From the NCBI GenBank assembly GCA_963681965.1, contig OY820579.1:2848001-2912000 (forward strand): a stretch of 64,000 nt of DNA. The letters run 5' to 3'. Origin of the DNA: a bacterium (GTDB lineage: Bacteria; Electryoneota; JAOADG01). Position 1 is the stretch's first letter. Every line of letters starts with the position of its first letter. A model generated the notes under the pieces. That model was not told where the DNA came from, searched no databases, and was given only the letters and a program-made list of their open reading frames with translations. Shown piece by piece: positions 30,167 through 38,680 of this stretch. The position numbers and the translations under genes were made by a program.

Positions 30167-31076
30167 GATTTGCCAGTTCTTCTTGAATCTGTTGTAAACG
30201 TTGATACATGTCGAGTGGATACCCTTTCGGATTAACAACAAATGCAGGTTCACCGCCCATTATCGTTATTCGTCTGTTGTCATGATCAGGTCGTTCAGGC
30301 CAATCAATTGCCTTTACATCATCCCGAAATAGAGTTATTTCTTCAGTTTCGTTCAATCCGATAGCTGTAGTAAGTTGTGGAAGGTCTTTGAAATATGGCT
30401 TATTACATATCAGAAAAGCGATGGGGAAGCACTTATAAATTTGAATAAAACCAATATCATTCCATACCGTCCCTGCTGGCATCATTACATCACGCATTAG
30501 TACCATTGGATCATAAGGATAGAACCAGTAGAACACATTGATGTCACTAGGTATTTCAATTGATGTGTCTAAAACAAATGGTCGTGCTTTGTCATCAAAG
30601 TCGGAAATATGACCATCAACTTTCATAGCAATAAGATGACCTAGAATTGATCTTATTATAGGTAACGTCTTCAGTTTCGAATGAATTCTAGTTCGAGAAC
30701 TGCGTGTACCCTTCATCATTAGTTTATACTTTACATCGTTCACAGTCAGAACCAAAGCTTGATCACCCTTACTAAGAATTTCATTGTTACATTTGTTACA
30801 AAGTGTAGTAAAATGTAATCCGTTTCTTGAAGTAAATACTTCCCTTTGATTTCCCATTTTTAATTCTTTTGGTAGATAGAGTAAAAGAAAACTTTGGATT
30901 AAAACTTCTTTATGTAATTGCACTTCACTGGCTGGAACATGATCTTTTGTCAACTTACTTTGAAGCCCACAGATATTACAAACAGGGGTTTTACCTTGTT
31001 TATGGAATGGGTCATCGTTTCCCTTATCGTTCATGTTGCTGTACCTGTCAATTTTGTCCCAATTCAATACTATCAC
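30153..31076 (-). CDS. HNH endonuclease-like protein
   Basis: CNICG...LTKDHVP...LCNKCNN zinc/HNH pattern. Confidence 0.65.
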   Translation of the reverse strand: MIVLNWDKIDRYSNMNDKGNDDPFHKQGKTPVCNICGLQSKLTKDHVPASEVQLHKEVLIQSFLLLYLPKELKMGNQREVFTSRNGLHFTTLCNKCNNEILSKGDQALVLTVNDVKYKLMMKGTRSSRTRIHSKLKTLPIIRSILGHLIAMKVDGHISDFDDKARPFVLDTSIEIPSDINVFYWFYPYDPMVLMRDVMMPAGTVWNDIGFIQIYKCFPIAFLICNKPYFKDLPQLTTAIGLNETEEITLFRDDVKAIDWPERPDHDNRRITIMGGEPAFVVNPKGYPLDMYQRLQQIQEELANREQQ

Positions 31077-32434
31077 CGCTTGTTTTGATGTGAAAGTAAT
31101 TCCTTTAAGACATCAATTATTGGAATTGCATCCCCTTCCTTCGATGAATAACCAGTCGAATGATGTGTGAACATTGCTTCAGCAGCACGTTGTAAGATTT
31201 GTTGTTTGGTTTCTTCGCTGATTTTTCGTTCTGTCAACGGTAGGAAAGTTGTAACACAATTCTGACGATGCTGATTGATCACGTAATTATGCTGATGAAA
31301 ACGGTAGTTCTTCACAGCGAAGATCAATAAGTAATACAAGGCAGTAAGCAATGCAATCTTTAAAATCAGTTGCTGGAATAATGAATAAGGAAGTCCGAAT
31401 AACGTTGCTTGATTTGAAGACAAACTGTAGCTGTTACAAGCATTACAAGCACTAACTATCCAGAAGATTATGATTGCAACAACAATCGTACATCCAATAC
31501 CTATCACGTACTTAAGCCACCGATCAATCATTTTCTGATGGTATATTGCAGTTTCATCAAAAGCTTTTATCCATTTGAATTGCGCGCCTTCTGCGGTTAA
31601 CAATTCTGCTGCTGATAGGGTTTCTTCAAGTTTTTTTACCTTTTCTACAACATCTTCTTGAATTACATTCGCACGAGTAAGAAAATCAGTTATTACTTTA
31701 TAAAAGACCTTGTAATACGATGCAATTTGCGATGCATACTCATTTACAAATTCATAACTTGTTTCTAATTTTTGTTCGCTTAACCTATCGATCATAAAAC
31801 CCATCGTTTGAATTGCTTGCGTTGCGGTTTTGATTTCTTCTACAGGAATTTGTTCGTAATTGATAGTTCGAAAGGGTTTTAACAAAGCAAATATCTTATC
31901 GAATACTTCAATCAAACCTGTCTTGTTTGCTTGTTTTAAAAATTCGACTAATGTATCGCGTTCGATCAACAGAATTCTTTCAACACTTTGGTCAATAATT
32001 TGCGCCCAAGGTACGTTCTGTTCATTGGATTGCATATTATCACTTCTTTTTATGCTATCTTGAAACGGTATTACGTGCGATAAAAAATGTGAAATAATTT
32101 GATAATCCTTCTTATAACTTATACTAGCGTCAGTCAGCATCATCATCCATATCTGCTTATCGGTTTCTGAAGTTAATGCCAGTATCTTACCAAATAAATC
32201 TGATATCTTTTCTACGACTGCGAGTACTGGGGTAATTTCGATATCTGGAATGACATCCAGACGCAAATCCTTTAAAGGTGAAATCAACGTAAAGTAATCT
32301 GTTACGACTTTTTCAATTGCGTTGTGATTAATGACCTTCGATTTACTTTTTAAGGCTACTAAGTCATAAGATAGAACGGCTTCGACTGCGTGCTTCAATT
32401 CCAATTGTGCGATTGTGTCATTTTCAGAAATCAT
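31073..32434 (-). CDS. Helical repeat / coiled-coil protein with 2 C-terminal TM segments
   Basis: Two similar ~120-aa helical units, two hydrophobic segments, KNY..H.HN..INQHRQN tail. Confidence 0.65.
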   Translation of the reverse strand: MISENDTIAQLELKHAVEAVLSYDLVALKSKSKVINHNAIEKVVTDYFTLISPLKDLRLDVIPDIEITPVLAVVEKISDLFGKILALTSETDKQIWMMMLTDASISYKKDYQIISHFLSHVIPFQDSIKRSDNMQSNEQNVPWAQIIDQSVERILLIERDTLVEFLKQANKTGLIEVFDKIFALLKPFRTINYEQIPVEEIKTATQAIQTMGFMIDRLSEQKLETSYEFVNEYASQIASYYKVFYKVITDFLTRANVIQEDVVEKVKKLEETLSAAELLTAEGAQFKWIKAFDETAIYHQKMIDRWLKYVIGIGCTIVVAIIIFWIVSACNACNSYSLSSNQATLFGLPYSLFQQLILKIALLTALYYLLIFAVKNYRFHQHNYVINQHRQNCVTTFLPLTERKISEETKQQILQRAAEAMFTHHSTGYSSKEGDAIPIIDVLKELLSHQNKR

Positions 32435-32447
32435 ATTTTCTTCCTTC

Positions 32448-35201
32448 TTATCCCGCTAACACCTTGTTCAATTCATCCATCACCCGTTGATAATCCTTGC
32501 CAAACAATTCACTGAATTTGTAAATCCCACCCTTCAAATTGAAGGGAATGCTTTCAAAATCGTCTTCGGTAATTTCGATACTGGTTGCAATATGTTCTTT
32601 GATCATCTGCAACCATTCTAACTGTTGGGGTGTAAAACTGCGACCCGACTGCTGTTGCTGTTGCAACCAATCGTGAAAGCGGTGTTCCACAATATCGATA
32701 AATGGGGTTAAATCGTCTGCCATTCCACTGGTAAACTTCACCAGCGATACCAGATCGGTCAATACCGATTTCGGTTGTCCCTTCACCCTGCTGTGTTCCA
32801 ATTGATCGTAACAATGCCACAAGCGTTCGGGAATAAATCCGTTCGGTGGTCGCTTGATGGTGTCGGCTAATTCCCTGATTGCATCGTAAGTCAGTTTCCG
32901 TTTGCCGTAAGGTTGGCTGTACAATATCTGTAATGCCGTTATTTCATCGCGATGGTCTTGCAGGTACTGTTGCCACGATTGAACATACTGTTGGGCTGCT
33001 TCCTTCGCCTTGCTGTTGAACCCTGCTTCCAGCACGAAATCCTGCGATACGATGTCGATGGTCTGTTCAAGCAGTTGTTTCGTTTCAATCAGCAGATTGC
33101 GTAGTTTTGGATCGTGAAACGGTTTGGCAACAGTTTCCGCAAGTTCCCCTGTAACGATTTTCAGTTGTTCGACAGTGGGGTTATCGGTCGCAAATTTCTT
33201 GCAGGCTGTTTCTACCTGTACATCGGGATCGAAGGCTGTGAATAACGGCAGGATCAATTCAGTCATCGATGCCACACCTGCGACATCCTGAATACGTTTG
33301 CGGTCTTCCTTCGACAATTGCCGATCCATTTGCGCTAACCGATTGCCCAATGAAATCAGATAATCTTCTTCACGATTACCTGCAGCAATCGCAAGTAACA
33401 ACCTATCGAAGGGTATGGATTTCTTGCGTTCCAGTGGTCTGCTATCCCCTTTATCGCTTTCGCAGACACCAATTGCATCGACAATAACGAAATGGGTTTT
33501 GGCTTTCGCATCGGGTGACACTAATTGCAATGCGTTGCTATCGATGACCCTGGTGCCCCTTCCCTTCATCTGTTCGAAGTAAACTGCGGATTTGATGTCG
33601 CGCATGAATAACAGACATTCCAGCGGTTTGATATCGGTGCCTGTCGATATCATGTCGACCGTGACTGCGATGCGTGGGAAGTATTCGTTGCGAAATGCTG
33701 CGATCAAGGCTTCGGGGGTTTCACCCGTGGTTCTGTAAGTAATCTTCTTGGCAAAGTCTTTGCCCTTGCCGAATTCATCCCAGATAATATTCACGATATC
33801 TTCGGCATGACTATCGGTTTTGGCAAAGATTAAAGTCTTTGGTACTTCGGTTCGACCAGGGAAGATTTCCGTGAACAATTTATCGCGAAAGGTTTGGATT
33901 ACGGTGCGGATTTGATCGACCATGACAATATCTTTATCCAACTGGGTCGGGGCATAATATAAATCTTCATCCAACAGTTCGTAGCGTACTTTGCGGGTCA
34001 TCTTGTTGCGTTTATCGATGTATTCGCCCGCTTCGACTTTGCCACCTTTCACACTAGCATTCGTCTTAATCCGATACACTTCGTAACCGACATTCACCCC
34101 TTCGGCAATTGCGCGCTGATGGTTGAAATCCATCACCTGATTTTGTTTGAAGAACCCCAGGGTCTGCTTCGACGGCGTTGCCGTTAATCCAACAATGAAT
34201 GCATCGAAATAATCCAATACCTGTCGCCACTGGTTGTAGATGGATCGATGACATTCATCGGTAACAATAAAGTCGAACGCTTCAATCGGGATGGTGGGAT
34301 TATATTCAATAGGCTTGGGATCGTTGTCCAAGGTTAAATCGAAGGCAGAATGTTCATCCAATTCGGGATCGAATTCAGTTCCCTTCAACATCGAAAACAA
34401 GCGTTGGATTGTCGTGATTGTTACGTTGCAGACGGGATCGATGGTGTTCGATGACATCAATTGGATGTTGTACAGTTCAATGAATTTGCGGTGGTCGTCG
34501 GGGGTTTCGTACTTCTGAAATTCAGTCGATGCCTGAATGCCCAATGTTCTGCGATCCACCAGGAACAAGATATGTTTCGCACCAGCGAATTTGATCAACC
34601 GATAGATGAAACTTACTGCCAAAAAACTTTTTCCACTTCCAGTCGACATGCTGATCAATGCGCGTGGTTTGGATTTCGCAAAGCTGGCTTCCAGGTTCGT
34701 GATAGCTTCGATCTGACAATCACGCATTCCCTTGGTAATGATCGGGGGCATTTCGCGCATTCGGGCACGCAATGTGTTTGGTTCTTGTAGCCATTCGGCA
34801 AGCTTATCGGGTTTGTGGAAAGCGAATACTCCGCGAGGTCTACAGTCAGGATCGCGGATGTCGTAAAACATCGTTTCTTCACCTGTACTGACATAACCGA
34901 ACGTAAGTGCTTGCTTGGCAATGGGGATGTGCTTCAGTTTACTGCGAAGATAGCTATCGGTTTGATCGACCACGCCTGATAGTGTATCGCCCTTTTTCTT
35001 GGCTTCAATCACACCTACAGGGCTGCCTTTTACGAACAGAACATAGTCTACAAACCCAACATCGGTGGGATATTCGCGGACTGCAACCCCAGGAAAAGAC
35101 AAGTTTAATTCATCGATATTCTGTAGCTGCCAACCTGCTGCAGTCAACAGTTCATCAATCTTGTCGCGGGCTTCTTGTTCAGGTTTCTGTGGTTGTGGCA
35201 T
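32448..35201 (-). CDS. hsdR: Type I RM restriction subunit (EcoEI/EcoAI-like C-terminus)
   Basis: VDYVL...VIEAKK nuclease, MSTGSGKS, DECHRS, GLTATP, QMKGRGTR. Confidence 0.95.
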   Translation of the reverse strand: MPQPQKPEQEARDKIDELLTAAGWQLQNIDELNLSFPGVAVREYPTDVGFVDYVLFVKGSPVGVIEAKKKGDTLSGVVDQTDSYLRSKLKHIPIAKQALTFGYVSTGEETMFYDIRDPDCRPRGVFAFHKPDKLAEWLQEPNTLRARMREMPPIITKGMRDCQIEAITNLEASFAKSKPRALISMSTGSGKSFLAVSFIYRLIKFAGAKHILFLVDRRTLGIQASTEFQKYETPDDHRKFIELYNIQLMSSNTIDPVCNVTITTIQRLFSMLKGTEFDPELDEHSAFDLTLDNDPKPIEYNPTIPIEAFDFIVTDECHRSIYNQWRQVLDYFDAFIVGLTATPSKQTLGFFKQNQVMDFNHQRAIAEGVNVGYEVYRIKTNASVKGGKVEAGEYIDKRNKMTRKVRYELLDEDLYYAPTQLDKDIVMVDQIRTVIQTFRDKLFTEIFPGRTEVPKTLIFAKTDSHAEDIVNIIWDEFGKGKDFAKKITYRTTGETPEALIAAFRNEYFPRIAVTVDMISTGTDIKPLECLLFMRDIKSAVYFEQMKGRGTRVIDSNALQLVSPDAKAKTHFVIVDAIGVCESDKGDSRPLERKKSIPFDRLLLAIAAGNREEDYLISLGNRLAQMDRQLSKEDRKRIQDVAGVASMTELILPLFTAFDPDVQVETACKKFATDNPTVEQLKIVTGELAETVAKPFHDPKLRNLLIETKQLLEQTIDIVSQDFVLEAGFNSKAKEAAQQYVQSWQQYLQDHRDEITALQILYSQPYGKRKLTYDAIRELADTIKRPPNGFIPERLWHCYDQLEHSRVKGQPKSVLTDLVSLVKFTSGMADDLTPFIDIVEHRFHDWLQQQQQSGRSFTPQQLEWLQMIKEHIATSIEITEDDFESIPFNLKGGIYKFSELFGKDYQRVMDELNKVLAG

Positions 35202-35206
35202 AGAAA

Positions 35207-36193
35207 TTATACTGTCTTCAATTTTGGTGTAACGTCATTGAAATTTGGCTTTTGACCCACTATCCTAAGGTACATCCGAACGAAGACATTTTTTTCCAAC
35301 CATTGAAACCTTTTTTCATATGCTGCAACAATACTTAATTCATTTTCAGATAATGCGGAACATGATTGTTCTAATTTATGCAATTTGTTTTTAACTTCTT
35401 GAAACAACTGTTCTAACACCGCAATACGTGATGTGTTACTTGATAATTCAGTTACGAATTTAATCATCTTTGCTTTCACTTGATCCAGATCCCTTTCGAG
35501 TATGGTTAGTCTATTAATTGCATATGCGAAGTTCTTTTCAAGTTCCGTAAGATGTTTATTCGATTGATCAATTATTAAATTTAAAGTGTCAATCTTCTGC
35601 AGCACTTCAAGCAATTCGTTCTGAATTTGTTTGAATTTTAAATCGAAACTATCTGCCATCGTTTTTACATTATTTATTGTCTTTTTCAAAACATCATAGT
35701 TGTGTACTAAGTTGTCGCCTTCATGATCAGTTAGAAATGAAGCAAGTGCATCAAGACGATCCAACCTTGCTTTTATCACGGTAAAGTTGTCTTTTGATAC
35801 TTGTCCAAGTTCTTTCAGGATTTCGCTTTGTTCGTAAACAGCTTCATAGATACAGTGGGTAGATATTGCGGTTCGAAAAATCATTTCAGATGTTTCGGCT
35901 TGTGATTGAGACATCAATCTTTGGATTGAATATTCGCGTTTCTTGTCATCGTCGCTGAACCATTCACCAATTCTTTTCCAGATTGATAAATTTTCTGCTA
36001 CAGTTAAGTTAACATCAATAATCCTTGATTTGTCCACTATCGAAGAAATTAGTTCACGATTTCTTACAGCATTTTGTTTAAGTACTTCGACACGTTTTCC
36101 ATAGGACATAGCCAATTCAGCATCATGTTCAACTGCTTCCAAAACACTTGACCTGTATTCTACAATAGATTGAATTTCTTCATTGTATGACAT
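35207..36193 (-). CDS. Long coiled-coil hypothetical protein
   Basis: Heptad-rich C-terminal half; coupled to the upstream gene (TAATG overlap). Confidence 0.7.
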   Translation of the reverse strand: MSYNEEIQSIVEYRSSVLEAVEHDAELAMSYGKRVEVLKQNAVRNRELISSIVDKSRIIDVNLTVAENLSIWKRIGEWFSDDDKKREYSIQRLMSQSQAETSEMIFRTAISTHCIYEAVYEQSEILKELGQVSKDNFTVIKARLDRLDALASFLTDHEGDNLVHNYDVLKKTINNVKTMADSFDLKFKQIQNELLEVLQKIDTLNLIIDQSNKHLTELEKNFAYAINRLTILERDLDQVKAKMIKFVTELSSNTSRIAVLEQLFQEVKNKLHKLEQSCSALSENELSIVAAYEKRFQWLEKNVFVRMYLRIVGQKPNFNDVTPKLKTV

Positions 36194-37194
36194 TAGAATA
36201 CCCCATCAGTAAATGTCGATTTCATGATCGCAACATTACTAGAAGTCAATAAATTATTTCTGTTTGTCTGGTCGTACACAAATTCTGCTTCGTCATTTAC
36301 TAATACTACAGCCTTATTAGCCTTTTCTGAAGCCTGTCGATTGAAACGAAATTCATCAGCAAACTTCTTATCCATTTGTGCTTGTACTTTCAATCTGTGA
36401 ATACTCTTCGACCACAGAAACCTAGCTGCCATCGAAGCAGGTACACTAACAAAGGGTGTGAAGGGTGCAAGAATAATATTCGTAATCGACCCAATCGCAG
36501 TTCCAGTAGCACGTTCAGCAACCATACTAATAATGTCTTCTGTCGAAGTTCCCTTGTTGTAGGCGTAGATCGCTGACACTAGAATTGCTGATGCTGCAAG
36601 ATATGGGAAGTGAAAGTTCACTTGATCCTGTGATCCATCTACTAACGTATTCATGTGTTGGTTAAGTTCATCGGTAGACATACCACTGTCAATGTAATTG
36701 ATACCATCGATGTGTTGTTCAACATGATCCGATGTCGTCAGTACATTATGAATTTCAGGATACTTGTCTGCATGTTCGTAGATATCTGATAAGTTCACCT
36801 TTGACTGAATATAATCAACGACATTGTGATCATGATCATAGATCACATAATCATAACCAGGTTGCGTTGCACTGTCGGCTAATTCAGCATGTAAACCGTC
36901 AGTAAGATGCTGGTTCAAGTTGTCTAGATTGTGAAGTTCGAAATACTTTCCTTCAATACCATTTAATGCCCCTTGCAAGCTATTAGGATCGTCTATTTTG
37001 GACTGAACAAAGTCAACAAGGCTTGTGTGTTCAGCAACATTCGGGTACTGCAGTTGAAAGGCTTGAACAAACAGTGGATCAAGTTTACCATCAGTGGCAT
37101 GTCCAGCAATAAATTCAGCAGTTTCCTGGGTGCCCAATAATATTGCATCGAATATCGATTGCGCTTCTTTTTTTTCCTTGGTTCTTGTGTCCAT
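36193..37194 (-). CDS. PD-(D/E)XK-like (E..PGxD..QxK) protein with C-terminal hydrophobic helices
   Basis: GKYFE, QPGYD, YIQSK, KYPEI; hydrophobic PYLAASAILVSAIYAY and GTAIGSITNIILAPFTPFVSVP segments. Confidence 0.6.
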   Translation of the reverse strand: MDTRTKEKKEAQSIFDAILLGTQETAEFIAGHATDGKLDPLFVQAFQLQYPNVAEHTSLVDFVQSKIDDPNSLQGALNGIEGKYFELHNLDNLNQHLTDGLHAELADSATQPGYDYVIYDHDHNVVDYIQSKVNLSDIYEHADKYPEIHNVLTTSDHVEQHIDGINYIDSGMSTDELNQHMNTLVDGSQDQVNFHFPYLAASAILVSAIYAYNKGTSTEDIISMVAERATGTAIGSITNIILAPFTPFVSVPASMAARFLWSKSIHRLKVQAQMDKKFADEFRFNRQASEKANKAVVLVNDEAEFVYDQTNRNNLLTSSNVAIMKSTFTDGVF

Positions 37195-37214
37195 TTGGTT
37201 CGCCTTTGGTCAAC

Positions 37215-37421
37215 AAAAAAAACAACCCAACACTTTAACGTGCTGGGTTGTTCTGGTTACTATTCGAACAAGTACAAATAGACCGTACATGTAAGAATGT
37301 CATCAATCGATGACTTCGTGATCAAGATGGTTAGAAAAGCATCCCGAAATAACCAACTGTCACATTCAGATTATTTTACCCAGCAAGCCTTAAGATATGA
37401 AACAAGTTAAAGCGTTGTCAA
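37215..37421 (-). promoter_or_regulatory. Putative promoter, leader and terminator hairpin of the defence operon
   Basis: TTGACA (37421-37416)-N18-TATCTT; motif GGCTTGCTGGGTAAAAT; hairpin AACAACCCA...TGGGTTGTT plus T-run just before the first gene. Confidence 0.5.
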
Positions 37422-37432
37422 CAATTTATTGC

Positions 37433-38458
37433 CTACAAAGCAATTCTATTGACCGTTTCCCTAAGACTTTCTGGCTGCAAGTGGGCATAGAACTTTTCAG
37501 TCGTACTGACTGTAGTGTGTCCAAGAAGTTTGGCTATGTGGTAAATCGACACACCATCTGCAGCAAGCCACGATGCACACGAATGACGTAATGAATGGAA
37601 GTGTAGCTTGTCGTCTAGACCAAGCTTCCTGATGTATTGTTTCAGCTTATGGGTCGCCCAGTACCCACTAATTGCCTTACCATCATCCATTCGAAACACC
37701 AATCCATCATTCAACAAGTCACGTCGTTTCTGTAGCAACAAACAAGCTGCTTCACCTAATGGAATTGTTCGCTGCTTTCCCTGTTTCGTTTGATAGTTTT
37801 CACTGCTTTGGATGTGAACCCAACGTTTATTCATGTCCACTTGTTGCCAGGACAAGTTAATAATTTCACCCCTTCTTAAACCTGTCAGTATTGCGAATAG
37901 GACAACATCACGTAACCACAGTTCATTAATCGCTTCAAACAACTTCTGGAAGTCATCCTGCCCGAAAAACGTTTTCGTACATTCAGCAACACGAACAAAA
38001 GGAATATTCTTGAAAGGATTGCTTTCAATCCATCCCCAGTTCATTGCAATTGTAAAAGCTGATCGAAGGGTTCGAAGTTCCAGGTTTACAGTTACAGGCT
38101 TCACCTGGGTTATGCGAAGGGTTTTGTATGTGTCGATGTTGTGTTTATTGACACTACCTATCCTAATGTTACCAACTGCATTCTGAAATGCCATGAATGC
38201 ATAATGAAATAGATCGATAGTGCCTTTGGTGTAATTGGATACGCCATTCTTCAGGAATTCTTCCTGAAATTCTGTTAGCGTACGATGTGATTTGGGACGT
38301 TTATGAATTTTTTCGAAGGAAGTCAAAACCTTTAATGCTTCTGACTTCTTCGTACAACGGGTGGTCTTCCACTGCGTCTTTCCATCATCACTTTGCGAAA
38401 GGATATACCAGACACCGTTCGCCCGACGGAATAGACTTAAATGATTTGGACTAGACAT
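37433..38458 (-). CDS. Tyrosine recombinase/integrase of element 2
   Basis: LTGLRRGE, HFHSLRHS, LGHTT, TEKFYAH; shares VKPVTVN.ELRTLRSAF with integrase 1; probable ATG 38458. Confidence 0.92.
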   Translation of the reverse strand: MSSPNHLSLFRRANGVWYILSQSDDGKTQWKTTRCTKKSEALKVLTSFEKIHKRPKSHRTLTEFQEEFLKNGVSNYTKGTIDLFHYAFMAFQNAVGNIRIGSVNKHNIDTYKTLRITQVKPVTVNLELRTLRSAFTIAMNWGWIESNPFKNIPFVRVAECTKTFFGQDDFQKLFEAINELWLRDVVLFAILTGLRRGEIINLSWQQVDMNKRWVHIQSSENYQTKQGKQRTIPLGEAACLLLQKRRDLLNDGLVFRMDDGKAISGYWATHKLKQYIRKLGLDDKLHFHSLRHSCASWLAADGVSIYHIAKLLGHTTVSTTEKFYAHLQPESLRETVNRIAL

Positions 38459-38542
38459 TGCTTTTCCATTAGCAATGCCATTAGCACTATTGAATTTCGT
38501 GTTCGGAACTATAGCATCTATCAAGACTTAGCTGTGTATCAT

Positions 38543-38592
38543 CCTAGACCCCCAGTCTAGTGCGCTACCAGGCTGCGCCACGTCCCGTTGTG
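38543..38592 (-). repeat. att site: displaced 5' half of tRNA-Pro (50-bp direct repeat of 20670-20719)
   Basis: Exact match from 5 nt upstream of the tRNA 5' end through the anticodon stem; no T-arm. Confidence 0.95.
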
Positions 38593-38600
38593 CAAAGCGA

Positions 38601-38629
38601 AAGATAGTGTTTCGAATCGACTAATTCAA
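38601..38629 (-). promoter_or_regulatory. Putative host tRNA promoter
   Basis: TTGAAT-N17-TATCTT ending 13 nt upstream of the tRNA 5' fragment. Confidence 0.55.
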
Positions 38630-38680
38630 GTCAGACCGAAATCGATGGCATTTTGAACCGATTCACTCCTTTCAGATCGA

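Larger units (their letters stand above)
20670..38560. mobile_element. Integrative element 2 (about 17.9 kb): integrase, two AEP primases, phage-type small genes, Type I RM operon
   Basis: Bounded by 50-bp tRNA-Pro 5'-half direct repeats (20670-20719 and 38543-38592); CATTAGCA repeats at both ends; all genes on the minus strand; no capsid or conjugation genes seen. Confidence 0.88.

Noticed and set aside
28790-30253. hsdS shufflon or phase variation at the Asn run
   Set aside because: Single hsdS with two TRDs and no silent copies; the Asn run is mixed AAC/AAT triplets and would not frameshift.
20670-38560. Prophage or ICE call for element 2
   Set aside because: No terminase, capsid, tail, relaxase or T4SS genes.
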